From the NCBI GenBank assembly GCA_020058085.1, contig JAGVER010000005.1:2743-66742 (forward strand): DNA of 64,000 nucleotides. The letters are read 5' to 3'. Below the pieces are notes generated by a model. That model was not told the DNA's origin, searched no databases, and was given only the letters and a program-made list of their open reading frames with translations. Shown here piece after piece: positions 1 to 9,656 of the stretch; within the stretch, counting starts at the first letter, position 1; each line of letters starts with the position of its first letter. Both the position numbers and the translations under genes were made by a program. The stretch comes from Candidatus Omnitrophota bacterium (GTDB lineage: Bacteria; Omnitrophota; Gorgyraeia; Gygaellales; Profunditerraquicolaceae).

Positions 1-3000
1 GGCGGAACCTGGCAGGATATAGTTTCGAATTTAGATGTTGTTCCGGGGGCTAATACCTACCCCTGGACAGTTCCTGTTTCTACCAGCACAAATACAGTGG
101 TTAAGGTAAGTGATTCTTCCGCGCTTTCTAGCGTCTTTAAGCAGACCGGCGTATTTACTATTCGCGGTGGTTTTAGCTTTGTGCATCCAGTAAGTACAGA
201 CCGTTGGTTGGCCAATAGTTCTAAACTTATAGAATGGAATACATTGGGTAGTATTTCTTCCGTTTATATACAGTATTCCTTGCAAGGCGGGGCAGGAGGA
301 ATTTGGAATTTTGTTAATGACGGTTCACCTATTTCTAATGCTACAGAGCAGTATAGTTGGACAGTTCCTAACGCAATTTCGTCTCAGGCGTGCATAAAAA
401 TCACTGATATTAATGATCCTCAAGCTAGCAAGATTTCGGATATTTTTAATATCCATGGCGCTATAACTTTGACCCAGCCCAATGGACAGGAAAAATTAAA
501 AGCGGGCCAGTCTGATACCTCAAGCAAAATCAAATGGACAATGACTGGGCCTATTTCTAGCGTTGACTTAGCACTTTCTACTAATGGCCAGGCGGGAACC
601 TATACGACTTTTGCTGTCAATCAATCAGCTGCGCTTTTAGAGTATCCGTGGTCAGTGCCTACTACTACGCTTTCAAATAATTGTTTTATCCGTATCCGCG
701 ATTCAGGAGATAATTTAGTGGAGGATTTTTCGGATTTAGCCTTTAAGATTATGGAGAACTTCAATCTTACTTCACCTAATGGCACAGAGCAGTGGGTGGT
801 GAGTGATCCACACGATATCACTTGGAACTCTGTAGGCCTGGCAAGTTCTGTTAATCTTAAATATTCCATAGATGCGGCTCATACCACTTGGACTCCGATT
901 ATTTCACAGACCGTTAATGATGGAGTTCATCCTTGGACTATTCCACCCACAATTTCGTCTACTTGTCAGGTACGGGTTTCTGATTTTAATGACGACACAG
1001 ACTCCTATGATCTTTCTGACAGTGACTTCAAAATCCAGGGTAGGGTTACTTTAATTTCTCCTGTAGGCGGTGAAAAATGGGGTTGCGCTAGCCAGCAGTG
1101 GATACGCTGGGGTTGGGATGGAAACATTGCCAAGGTAGACATTCATTATTATAACGGTTCAACCTGGGTAGCTATTGATGAAGCTCAAGGGTATATCAAT
1201 ACTGGTGAGTACGAATGGACCATACCTACGATTTCTACCATTGCGGCAAAGGTGCGCGTAAGAGATAATGCTGATCCCATCAATGTTTACGATATTTCGG
1301 CTGTTCCTTTTAAGATAATGGGCAGGGTAGTGGTTCAGGTTCCTAATGGCGCAGAGGTCTGGTATGCAGGTAGTAATGCTGTCATTACTTGGACAAAATA
1401 TGGGCCTGCTTCTTTTGATACTGTCCGGATTGATTATTCTCTTGATGACCCGGCGTTTAATAGCCCACAGTCTATCACTACTTCTACACCCAATGATGGC
1501 AGCTTTGACTGGTTAAATATGCCTCAAGAGGCAGTTTCAGGTAAGGTCAGAATTCGTATTGCCAAACCCGATGATATTGCCGATGTTTCGGATATCTCCG
1601 ACGGCGATTTCCGCGTGCGCGTGCAGTTCACTTTAAATTCGCCTAATGGCGGACAGAAATGGAGCGTGGCAGGAGAACAAACAATTACCTGGGCACAGAT
1701 TGGAAATACACAAGGGGTAAAGTTTATTTATTATAGACAGGGTAATCCCGCGATTAATCAAACATTTACTCTTCCTTCGGTTTATACAACCGGGACTTGG
1801 AACCATACCTGGACAATACCTGATTTTATTCAGAATGATTTAATAATGCGCGTAGAAGACCCACTGGACAACGGAGCTTTTGATATTTCTGACGCTACTT
1901 TTAAGATTATGGCGGGATTTGTGGTAACTCGTCCGGATGCTTCTTCGGCAAATGAGGTAGATTATAAATGGTATATAGAAGACCCTGAAATTATCCGTTG
2001 GACTTACACCGGAACAGTTTCAGATGTTGGTATTTATTACTCTACTGTTGGCGGTATAGATGGCAGCTGGGTAGCTTTAACCTCTGTCCCTGCCAGTAAT
2101 TTACAATGGACCTGGCCATCTGTGCCTAACCAGATTACTACGCAATTAAAAGTTAAAGTGGGTTCAGCTACTGATGCCGATGCTTATGGTCTTTCTTTCG
2201 GAATGTCCAGGATCGGATCCAAATTTAATTTAACCGCACCTTTAGGGGCTGAAGAATTAATTGTGCAAGATCCTTTTACGATTATCTGGGCTAATACCGG
2301 CACAGTAAGCAAGGTAGACCTGCATTATTCTACGGATGATTTTGTTACACCCAGGGAAATAATTACGAATCTAAACAATGGAGCAAACGGTGGTTTTTAT
2401 AACTGGACCGTTCCTGATGTATTTAGTCATCCGGGCGATCCGCAGACCGTAAAAGTGCGGGTAAAAAGATACACAGATGATGATTCCTTTTTCTTTGATA
2501 TTTCTGGCAATTTCAGGATTAAAGGTAGTCTCTGGGTTAAATCTCCGATTTTAGATGATGAATGGGATATTGGCCAGCCCTATCAGATTAAGTGGGGTTG
2601 GAAGGGAACAATGCCGCAGGTAAAGATTGCCTACTCTACAAATGGTCTATCCGGCCCGTTCAATCCAATTCTGGAGAGTTACGGAATCCCTAATGATGGT
2701 AAAGTGGCAAATGGCGCCGGCTCCGGCGGCCCCGGTTCAGAATATACCTATACTTGGACAATTCCGGATGAAGCCACAGCCAATGCCGTAATTAGAATTC
2801 AAGATGAGCGTATCACAGAATCAGATATAGTTGATGATAGTGAAATTTTTCATATCATTGGTTACCTTGCCAATGTAAAAATAAAAGACCCGGCAAATGG
2901 CCAGGAGGTGAATAAATTAGCCGTAGCCAGTAATTATAATATCAATTGGGAGTGGGGTGGGTCAATGCCCGAGGTTAAAATAACCTATTCTATAAACGGG

Positions 3001-6000
3001 GATACCGGGCCGTTTAATCCCATTGTGGAGAATTATGGAGTTCCTAATGATGGTAAAGTGGCAAATGGCGCCGGCTCCGGCGGCCCCGGTTCAGAATATA
3101 CCTATACTTGGACAATTCCCGATACTATCTCGCCGAATTGTAAGGTAAGAGTAGCAGACCCTAGGGATGAAACTGTGTTTAGCGAATCTGCAATATTTAA
3201 AATTCAGGGCGCCTTTACTTTGATTACTCCGCTAGTGGTTGATAATGGGCAGGGTGTTTATGAATGCCGCTGGGTTACTAATGAAGTAAGAGAAGTAAAA
3301 TGGACTACTTTTGGAACAATCCCCAAGGTTGATTTGGTTTATGCTAAAGATTCTGATAGTGATGGTGATATCGATAATGCGGATTTTACGCAAGAAATTG
3401 CCATGGTAAATGGGACTAATATTAATAATCTTAATACATTTAATTGGACAATTCCCAATGAGCGCTTAGCCAATCCGCCTTATTATGTGGAAGCCAAGAT
3501 ACGTATTTATGACCATAATGATCATGATGTTTATGTTCAGGGCCCGGTTACCGCCGGTGGAGTGGATAACTTGAAGATTGATTACTATAAGATTACCTGG
3601 GATATTAGGGATCTGATTACTAACCGGCAGATCGAAGGCTTGACAGTAAACGATACCTCCGGCTGGGTAGCTACCGGGCTTGCTTCGCCTATCACTCGTT
3701 ATGTTCCTGCAGGTTTCTGGACAGCAGAATGGACAAATAAAGATTATGGGCCGATATCTGAATCTTATCTTGCAGGCTGGGATGAAGATGCTCAGATTTG
3801 GCGGGGTGACCGCACAATTTATCGCACTATGGAGACTTTGGTAGTGCATATCTGGCGGGCTTATTCAGAATTTTCTTATGATGTTCCGCCTACGGATAAA
3901 TTAAATATTACCAGCTGGTTGGAAAGAGATGGTTATTTGGTTTCCGGCGTTTTGATTACAGATGTAACTATCTATGATGGTTTTGATAAGATAAAGAGAA
4001 AGACTAACTTAGTAGACGAGGCCGCTAATAAATTCTATTATTATACTGATATCCCTCCCGGCGTAAAATTGTGGATAGGCGACCGCTTGGGGGAACTGCG
4101 CACTATGCAAAATGTAATCAATGATTGCGCGCCGTATAAAACCGGCGAGATGGCTATACCTGCTGACTTTGCCGGTTTCTTTATCCAGTCTTGGTCTCCC
4201 ACTTCCTATACTGCCTCAGGCACAAATCACAGTACTTTGCAATCAGGTAGAGTCTACGCAGTTGCCAGCTATATGGGTTTATCCACCGGCGCTACCTTTA
4301 CTACTCCCGTATCATTTACGGTTACGATACCCATAGCCATGGCTAATGTTGAAGCAGCGGTTACTGGAATGGTTGACACGGTTAACTCTGTTTTGGATAA
4401 GCCTATATCCGTAGTCAGTGCGGAGATACAGGCTCAGTTAGAGGCGCAAACCGGGATTATTGACCAAAAAATGACTGAGCAGACCCAGATAATTCAGGTT
4501 GCCACCAATAATATGCAGACGATCATTCAGGATGCGATGGTTAGTTTTGAGACTACGGTGCAGGATTCAATTACTCTCTTGAAATCAAGCGCGGCGACAG
4601 CAGAAGAGGCAGCCGGGCTTCTGGAGACCACTGCTAAAAAATACTCTTGGAATGCTATGGTCTCTCCTGATCCGGCACTTACCGGCGATACTGTTACGCT
4701 AACTGCCCAGGGTATGCCCGGGTTAGCTCCCGTGCTTAAAGTTTATAGCTGGGATAATAAGACTATTTTAGATAATATAAAATTGACTGAGGCCAGCGAG
4801 GGAGTCTATAATTATGAATTTAAGGTGGATGCCCGTTTTACCGCGGGAAAGGCGTATACTTATGTGGTTACTGAGCAGAGTACTGCCGGCATGGTCTCCG
4901 GCTCCGGAATGGTAGAAAGTATGAGTCTTACTACGATTGCTGGTTTAGCGGCAGCCGCGCCTGGAGCGGAAAGGGCTGCCAAGAAGGCATTAGATGCGAT
5001 TGCGGCAGTTGAGGCAGTATTAATCTCTAAGGAGCCGATGAATATTGCCCTTACCCTAAAGAACCTTAAAGATTCCGTAGACGCGCTTCCAGAGGTAATG
5101 ACAAAAGAAGGCCCTTCCGCTCGTCTGGCTCAAACAGTAAATGAGATATCAAACAGGATAAAGAAATTGGGCGGCGATGAGGGGTATGATTTTACTACTT
5201 TAGTAGGTGAAGCTATAAACGAGGCGCCGGCTATCAAAGAATTACGCAGCAAGGCGGATGCAATCAGGACATCTACCGATGTTTTGACAAATGTTTTTGA
5301 AGCCAAATTTGGCGGCGTAGATAAGCCTGTTGTTGTAACTTCACTGGAACCCGGAAGCGTCAAATTCCGGATTGTAGCGCTTAACCCTTCGAAGACCAAG
5401 ACGCAAAAAACAGAGATAAAATACTATTTGCCTGCTGAAGTAAAACCAAAAGATATTTCAGATACAGCGGGCTTAGATTTGGAATATGATTCCGAAAAGT
5501 CTATTTACTACGTATATAAACCTGATCTAGAACTTTCTCCGGGTGAGATGCGCGTATTTGAGGTAGAAGTAGAAGATATTTGGTTCTTAGAGCAGAATAA
5601 ACTTTTAGAACTAAAGAATCGCACTGATATAGTCCTTGGTAAGCTTGAGACAACGCCTTATTATACAAAAGCTAAAGAGATAGCCGATACTATTTATCCG
5701 CGCTTAGATGAGATAGCTCTTTCTCAAAAAGATGATTCAATCAATCGCGAACAACATATAGGTATCTATCGGCAAAACCTTTTGACCTTAGGTCAGGTTA
5801 AAGAAGATATCGCCCGAATGGAAAAGATTCTTGTTACTGCCGGAGGGCCACCTGCGCCTGAAATGTTAGCCAAGACTAAAATAAAGGCGGATGAGCCTTC
5901 AAAGACAATGACCTGGATAGTTATTTGCACAGTTATTATTTTTACCGGGCTCTTAGCTGGAGTTCTTTTCTTTACTTGGCACCGCCAGGCACGCATCAGT

Positions 6001-6078
6001 AAAGAAGAACTTTTATCTGCTAAAAAGTCTGCCTTTCCAGAATCTGGTTCTAAAGAAGAACCTAAAGAAAATTCATAA
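1..6078 (+). CDS. Giant repeat-rich cell-surface protein, 5'-truncated by the window edge. It has >=12 tandem ~95-118 aa beta-rich (Ig-like) repeats, non-repeat beta and helical C-terminal regions, and a single C-terminal TM anchor.
   Basis: Frame 1 is open from nt 1, and GGTWQDIVSNLDVVPGANTYPWTVPVS already fits the repeat consensus, so the GTG at 97 is not the true start. Repeat consensus is roughly [FL]xLxSPNGGExW...ITW...G....V.I.YS....W..I....NDG.Y.WT[IV]P.....C.[IV]R[IV].D......D.SD..F.I.G. The TM helix MTWIVICTVIIFTGLLAGVLFFTW (nt 5908-5979) is followed by the basic tail HRQARISKEE. Confidence 0.85.
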   Translation, partial: GGTWQDIVSNLDVVPGANTYPWTVPVSTSTNTVVKVSDSSALSSVFKQTGVFTIRGGFSFVHPVSTDRWLANSSKLIEWNTLGSISSVYIQYSLQGGAGGIWNFVNDGSPISNATEQYSWTVPNAISSQACIKITDINDPQASKISDIFNIHGAITLTQPNGQEKLKAGQSDTSSKIKWTMTGPISSVDLALSTNGQAGTYTTFAVNQSAALLEYPWSVPTTTLSNNCFIRIRDSGDNLVEDFSDLAFKIMENFNLTSPNGTEQWVVSDPHDITWNSVGLASSVNLKYSIDAAHTTWTPIISQTVNDGVHPWTIPPTISSTCQVRVSDFNDDTDSYDLSDSDFKIQGRVTLISPVGGEKWGCASQQWIRWGWDGNIAKVDIHYYNGSTWVAIDEAQGYINTGEYEWTIPTISTIAAKVRVRDNADPINVYDISAVPFKIMGRVVVQVPNGAEVWYAGSNAVITWTKYGPASFDTVRIDYSLDDPAFNSPQSITTSTPNDGSFDWLNMPQEAVSGKVRIRIAKPDDIADVSDISDGDFRVRVQFTLNSPNGGQKWSVAGEQTITWAQIGNTQGVKFIYYRQGNPAINQTFTLPSVYTTGTWNHTWTIPDFIQNDLIMRVEDPLDNGAFDISDATFKIMAGFVVTRPDASSANEVDYKWYIEDPEIIRWTYTGTVSDVGIYYSTVGGIDGSWVALTSVPASNLQWTWPSVPNQITTQLKVKVGSATDADAYGLSFGMSRIGSKFNLTAPLGAEELIVQDPFTIIWANTGTVSKVDLHYSTDDFVTPREIITNLNNGANGGFYNWTVPDVFSHPGDPQTVKVRVKRYTDDDSFFFDISGNFRIKGSLWVKSPILDDEWDIGQPYQIKWGWKGTMPQVKIAYSTNGLSGPFNPILESYGIPNDGKVANGAGSGGPGSEYTYTWTIPDEATANAVIRIQDERITESDIVDDSEIFHIIGYLANVKIKDPANGQEVNKLAVASNYNINWEWGGSMPEVKITYSINGDTGPFNPIVENYGVPNDGKVANGAGSGGPGSEYTYTWTIPDTISPNCKVRVADPRDETVFSESAIFKIQGAFTLITPLVVDNGQGVYECRWVTNEVREVKWTTFGTIPKVDLVYAKDSDSDGDIDNADFTQEIAMVNGTNINNLNTFNWTIPNERLANPPYYVEAKIRIYDHNDHDVYVQGPVTAGGVDNLKIDYYKITWDIRDLITNRQIEGLTVNDTSGWVATGLASPITRYVPAGFWTAEWTNKDYGPISESYLAGWDEDAQIWRGDRTIYRTMETLVVHIWRAYSEFSYDVPPTDKLNITSWLERDGYLVSGVLITDVTIYDGFDKIKRKTNLVDEAANKFYYYTDIPPGVKLWIGDRLGELRTMQNVINDCAPYKTGEMAIPADFAGFFIQSWSPTSYTASGTNHSTLQSGRVYAVASYMGLSTGATFTTPVSFTVTIPIAMANVEAAVTGMVDTVNSVLDKPISVVSAEIQAQLEAQTGIIDQKMTEQTQIIQVATNNMQTIIQDAMVSFETTVQDSITLLKSSAATAEEAAGLLETTAKKYSWNAMVSPDPALTGDTVTLTAQGMPGLAPVLKVYSWDNKTILDNIKLTEASEGVYNYEFKVDARFTAGKAYTYVVTEQSTAGMVSGSGMVESMSLTTIAGLAAAAPGAERAAKKALDAIAAVEAVLISKEPMNIALTLKNLKDSVDALPEVMTKEGPSARLAQTVNEISNRIKKLGGDEGYDFTTLVGEAINEAPAIKELRSKADAIRTSTDVLTNVFEAKFGGVDKPVVVTSLEPGSVKFRIVALNPSKTKTQKTEIKYYLPAEVKPKDISDTAGLDLEYDSEKSIYYVYKPDLELSPGEMRVFEVEVEDIWFLEQNKLLELKNRTDIVLGKLETTPYYTKAKEIADTIYPRLDEIALSQKDDSINREQHIGIYRQNLLTLGQVKEDIARMEKILVTAGGPPAPEMLAKTKIKADEPSKTMTWIVICTVIIFTGLLAGVLFFTWHRQARISKEELLSAKKSAFPESGSKEEPKENS
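2689..3119 (+). repeat. Two perfect 77-nt direct repeats (2689-2765 and 3043-3119), 354 nt apart, inside adjacent protein repeats of the giant gene
   Basis: cctaatgatggtaaagtggcaaatggcgccggctccggcggccccggttcagaatatacctatacttggacaattcc occurs identically twice. It encodes PNDGKVANGAGSGGPGSEYTYTWTIP in both repeat units, while the flanking sequence has diverged. Confidence 0.95.
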
Positions 6079-6101
6079 AAAGGATAAGATTAAGATAAAA
6101 A

Positions 6102-6335
6102 ATGTTTCTTGATATTACTGTTTTAAGTCCAAAAGAAATAGTTTTTGAAGGAAAGGCTAAAAGTGTTATTTTACCGGGCGAAAATGGCGTATTCGAAGTG
6201 TTAGTGTTTCATAAATTTATCTTAAGCCGGCTTATTTCCGGAAAAATCACGGTAGATGAACAAAGCTTTCCCATACGCAGGGGGATTGTTAAGGCCCGTC
6301 AGAATAAAGTCACCATAATTATGGAAGAAGGATGA
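6102..6335 (+). CDS. atpC: F-type ATPase epsilon subunit, N-terminal beta-sandwich only (77 aa)
   Basis: VILPGENGVFEVLVFHKFILSRL...NKVTIIMEE matches the epsilon N-domain pattern (PG.eG.fgvL..H.p....L ... VtIla). The C-terminal two-helix hairpin is absent. ATGA overlap with the next gene. Confidence 0.7.
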   Translation: MFLDITVLSPKEIVFEGKAKSVILPGENGVFEVLVFHKFILSRLISGKITVDEQSFPIRRGIVKARQNKVTIIMEEG

Positions 6336-6550
6336 GCAGGAATATAGCACTTATTGTAATCTTTGGGTTCTGTGTATTGGGCCCTTGTGCTGTATTTGCC
6401 GCGGGTAGTTTCGCCAGTATTAACGCGCTGGGAAGGAATCCTTCAAGCGCGCCTAAAATATTTACCGCGATGATTATCGCGCTTGTTTTTGCTCAAGCCT
6501 TAGCAATTATAGCAATGTTAATAGTTTTTCAATTGTTCTCGCAATCATAG
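6332..6550 (+). CDS. ATPase c-subunit-like two-helix membrane hairpin lacking any acidic residue
   Basis: 72 aa with two hydrophobic helices joined by the polar loop GRNPSS (cf. ARQPE). It aligns nearly colinearly (one-residue offset) with 72-aa bacterial c subunits. ALVFAQALAIIAML corresponds to GVALVEALPIIGVV, with Gln55 (CAA, nt 6494-6496) at the ion-binding Glu position. The whole protein has no D or E, and the helix-1 GxGxGxG motif is degenerate. Confidence 0.6.
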   Translation: MSRNIALIVIFGFCVLGPCAVFAAGSFASINALGRNPSSAPKIFTAMIIALVFAQALAIIAMLIVFQLFSQS

Positions 6551-6601
6551 GCAGATAGAGTATAATTATCGCAAAGAGAGCTTAATTAGGAAAGGTAAAA
6601 T

Positions 6602-7318
6602 ATGTTTATCGTCCCTTTAATAATATTCCAGATATTTATTTTTGTTATTTTGGTTTTTGCTTTACGTAAAATAATGATGAAAAATGTGGTTTCGGCTACA
6701 AGGCACATTAATGAAATGGGCCAGGATTATGATAAAAAAGAAGAGGAGATAAGCAGGCGGTTTGAAGAACTAAAGCAGGAATCAGAGGAAACGGTTAGAA
6801 AAGCGCAACAAGAAGCGCAAGAGTTAAAGGCAGGGATTATTAAAGAAGCTGAAAGCGAAAGAGATAAAATGTTAAAACAGAGCAGGTCTCAAAGCGATGA
6901 GATAATTAAGCAGGCAGATAAGTCAAGGCAGCTTTTGCTCTCTGAAATAGACGAAAGAATAGCCAAAGAAGCGGTTAACAAAGCCTGTGAATTAATCCAG
7001 GAGACTTTGCCGGAACAGCTTAAGCAGAATGTGCATAGGTATTGGGTAAAAGAACTTATTAACGCTGGATTTAGCGAATTAGAGCGTTTACGCATTCCCA
7101 AAGATATCGACGAGGTAAAGATTATTTCAGCCTTTAATCTGGATGAAGAAGAGCGCAAAAATCTGTTTGATAAATTAAAAAACACGCTGGGTTCCGGGGT
7201 TAAATTTAAAGAAGAGATTGAACCAAAGGTAGTCGCAGGGATTATCATTACTATAGGCAGTCTTGTCCTAGACGGAAGTTTAAGGAATAAGATTAAGGAG
7301 AATATTAGGAATGCCTGA
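6602..7318 (+). CDS. ATPase peripheral-stalk b subunit fused to a delta/OSCP-like C-terminal domain
   Basis: N-terminal TM helix (MFIVPLIIFQIFIFVILVFAL), then a long charged coiled coil typical of subunit b. The C-terminus KVVAGIIITIGSLVLDGSLRNKIKENI matches the delta-subunit C-terminal signature (v.gG..i.iGd.viDgSvr..L..L). No separate atpH gene is present. Confidence 0.65.
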   Translation: MFIVPLIIFQIFIFVILVFALRKIMMKNVVSATRHINEMGQDYDKKEEEISRRFEELKQESEETVRKAQQEAQELKAGIIKEAESERDKMLKQSRSQSDEIIKQADKSRQLLLSEIDERIAKEAVNKACELIQETLPEQLKQNVHRYWVKELINAGFSELERLRIPKDIDEVKIISAFNLDEEERKNLFDKLKNTLGSGVKFKEEIEPKVVAGIIITIGSLVLDGSLRNKIKENIRNA

Positions 7319-8804
7319 TTCGGTATTAAAGGAAACAAGTATTAGAAGTGCGACCCGATTTGAAGTTAGAGAGATTGGACAAGTTCAGTCGGTGCGTAAA
7401 TTTATTCTTATTGTCAAGGGCCTGCCATCTTGTATTAATGGCCAGATTGTGGAGCTCGCAAATGGCACATTAGGATTGGTGATGGGTTTTACCGAAGATA
7501 AAGTCCAGATTTTAGTTTTAGGCGATGCTAGTTCTATCCGCGCGGGAGATGAGGTTTATAATAAAGGAAGGTCTTTGAATTTAGCTGTAGCAGACGCATT
7601 TTTAGGGCGGATAATCAACAGCCTTTGCCAGCCACAGGATGGCTTAGGCCCTATAGTGGTAAGCGAATTATATCCTGTATTTAAAGTGGCGCCGGGAGTT
7701 ATGGACCGCGCGCCTGTAAAAGATACCCTTGAAACAGGAACACTGATTCTGGACGCGATTATTCCTATAGCCAAGGGGCAGCGTCAGCTTCTTATAGGAG
7801 ATAGGCTTACCGGTAAGACAACGGTCGCGATTGACGCTATATTAAATCAAAAAGGCAAGGATGTTATTTGTATTTATTGCTGTATCGGGAAACCGTACTC
7901 CAGCTTCTTAAAGATTTTGGATATTCTAAATGAAAAAGATGCCTTACAATATACAATAATAGTCAGCGGTGTAGCATCTGTATCTACGGGAGAGCAATAT
8001 CTGGCCCCTTATACCGCCTGTATGCTGGGCGAATATTTTATGAATAAAGGCAAAGATGTTTTAGTTGTATTTGATGATTTGACTAAGCACGCGTGGATAT
8101 ATAGGCAGATATCTCTTCTTCTTGAGCGCGCGCCCGGAAGAGAGGCATACCCCGGAGATATATTTTATATTCATTCCCAATTAATGGAGCGCGCAGGTTT
8201 TCTTAAGCAGGAACTAGGTAGCGGATCAATGACATTTTTCCCCATTGTAGAAATACTTCAGGGCGATGTTACCGGTTATGTTTCCACAAACTTAATCTCT
8301 ATGACTGACGGGCAGCTGTATTTCTCTACCACACTTTTTAATAAAGGGTTTAAGCCGGCAATTGATTTTGGCCTTTCAGTTTCCCGTATCGGAAATAAGG
8401 CGCAATGGCCGGCGATGAAAGATTTAAGCAAATCTTTACGCCTGGATTACCTCCAGTATAAAGAACTTTTACAAATGACGCAATTACGGACTAGCGGGTT
8501 ATCCAAAGAAGCAGAGTTACGCTTAAAAAGAGGAGAAGCAATAAATCAACTTATTATTCAGGATAAAAATATCCCTGTTTCCTTGGAGGAGCAGATAATT
8601 TATCTGGTTGCTTTAAGCCGCGGCGTGCTTGATAATTTGCCGGTAAGTAAAATTAAACAATTTAAACAAGAGATCCTCAAATTCTTAGATAAGCGTTATC
8701 CGGGATTTTCTTTAAGCCTTCGTAACAGTAAGGCATTGACAGATGAAACCAAGATACAGATAGAGGATGTTTTGAGGGAGTATTTTAAGGAAGCGATAAA
8801 GTAA
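7311..8804 (+). CDS. atpA: F-type ATPase alpha subunit
   Basis: 497 aa. P-loop GDRLTGKTTVAID, LLLERAPGREAYPGDIFYIHSQLMERA, GLSVSRIG. Confidence 0.9.
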   Translation: MPDSVLKETSIRSATRFEVREIGQVQSVRKFILIVKGLPSCINGQIVELANGTLGLVMGFTEDKVQILVLGDASSIRAGDEVYNKGRSLNLAVADAFLGRIINSLCQPQDGLGPIVVSELYPVFKVAPGVMDRAPVKDTLETGTLILDAIIPIAKGQRQLLIGDRLTGKTTVAIDAILNQKGKDVICIYCCIGKPYSSFLKILDILNEKDALQYTIIVSGVASVSTGEQYLAPYTACMLGEYFMNKGKDVLVVFDDLTKHAWIYRQISLLLERAPGREAYPGDIFYIHSQLMERAGFLKQELGSGSMTFFPIVEILQGDVTGYVSTNLISMTDGQLYFSTTLFNKGFKPAIDFGLSVSRIGNKAQWPAMKDLSKSLRLDYLQYKELLQMTQLRTSGLSKEAELRLKRGEAINQLIIQDKNIPVSLEEQIIYLVALSRGVLDNLPVSKIKQFKQEILKFLDKRYPGFSLSLRNSKALTDETKIQIEDVLREYFKEAIK

Positions 8805-8807
8805 CCA

Positions 8808-9653
8808 ATGAAGACACTTTCAAACATAAAAAAAGATTTAGAGTTTAACCGCGGACTTTCTTCTTTAATCGAAGTGTTAAAAACTATGGCCGTGGCGCAA
8901 TACAGGATATTAGAGGAGAGGTTAAAGATTTTCGAGAAATTAATTGTATCCATAGAAGATTTTTTTGAGCATGTCGATATCACCAAGATTAATCATCCGT
9001 ATTTAATCCCCCAAAATAGATTTCAAGGAGTAGTGGCAATAACTTCTGACAGTGGGCTTTTGGGCGGCCTTAACATGCAGGTCGTCTCCGGCGCGCTTTT
9101 GGAATTAGAAAAGACCCCCGGCAAGCTTATTATTATCGGCGAACGCGGTAAACTTTATGTACGGGAGACTAACATTCCTTTTGTCTCTTTTGGCGGAGTT
9201 AAGGATGATGAGCGCTATGCCCAGGCCATGCAATTAAGGGATTATCTATTAGCTAAGGTTCTTGACGGCTCTTTCGGGTCTTTAAAGATAATTTATCCGC
9301 ATCCTGTATCTTTTACTGTGCAGCACGTGGAAACAGTTTCATTCCTGCCTTATAAGCCGAATTTAGTTAAGGAGAATACCGCTCTCCAAGCTTATCCAGA
9401 AGTTATTTTAGAATCAAGGGTAGGTGATATTATGCAATATTTGGTGTATACCTGGATGGGCCAGAAAATTTATGAAATCTTCGGCTTAAGCCGCTTGGCA
9501 GAATTTGCTGCCCGTTTTGTGCATCTTGAAGGAAGCCATCAGAGATTAAGAGAAATGGATACTAAAATTAAATTGGAGTATTTTCATGTCAGGCACGAAC
9601 TTATTGACCGTAATATGCGTGAGCTTTTCGCGGCAAGATTAGCTTTTTCTTAA
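8808..9653 (+). CDS. atpG: F-type ATPase gamma subunit
   Basis: 281 aa lying between alpha and beta. The N-terminal helix IKKDLEFNRGLSSLIEVLKTMAVAQY and C-terminal helix RHELIDRNMRELFAARLA fit the gamma coiled coil. Confidence 0.75.
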   Translation: MKTLSNIKKDLEFNRGLSSLIEVLKTMAVAQYRILEERLKIFEKLIVSIEDFFEHVDITKINHPYLIPQNRFQGVVAITSDSGLLGGLNMQVVSGALLELEKTPGKLIIIGERGKLYVRETNIPFVSFGGVKDDERYAQAMQLRDYLLAKVLDGSFGSLKIIYPHPVSFTVQHVETVSFLPYKPNLVKENTALQAYPEVILESRVGDIMQYLVYTWMGQKIYEIFGLSRLAEFAARFVHLEGSHQRLREMDTKIKLEYFHVRHELIDRNMRELFAARLAFS

Positions 9654-9656
9654 TAT

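Noticed and set aside
97-6078. GTG at 97 as the start of the giant gene
   Set aside because: The frame is open from nt 1 and residues 1-32 already follow the repeat consensus. The gene is truncated by the window.
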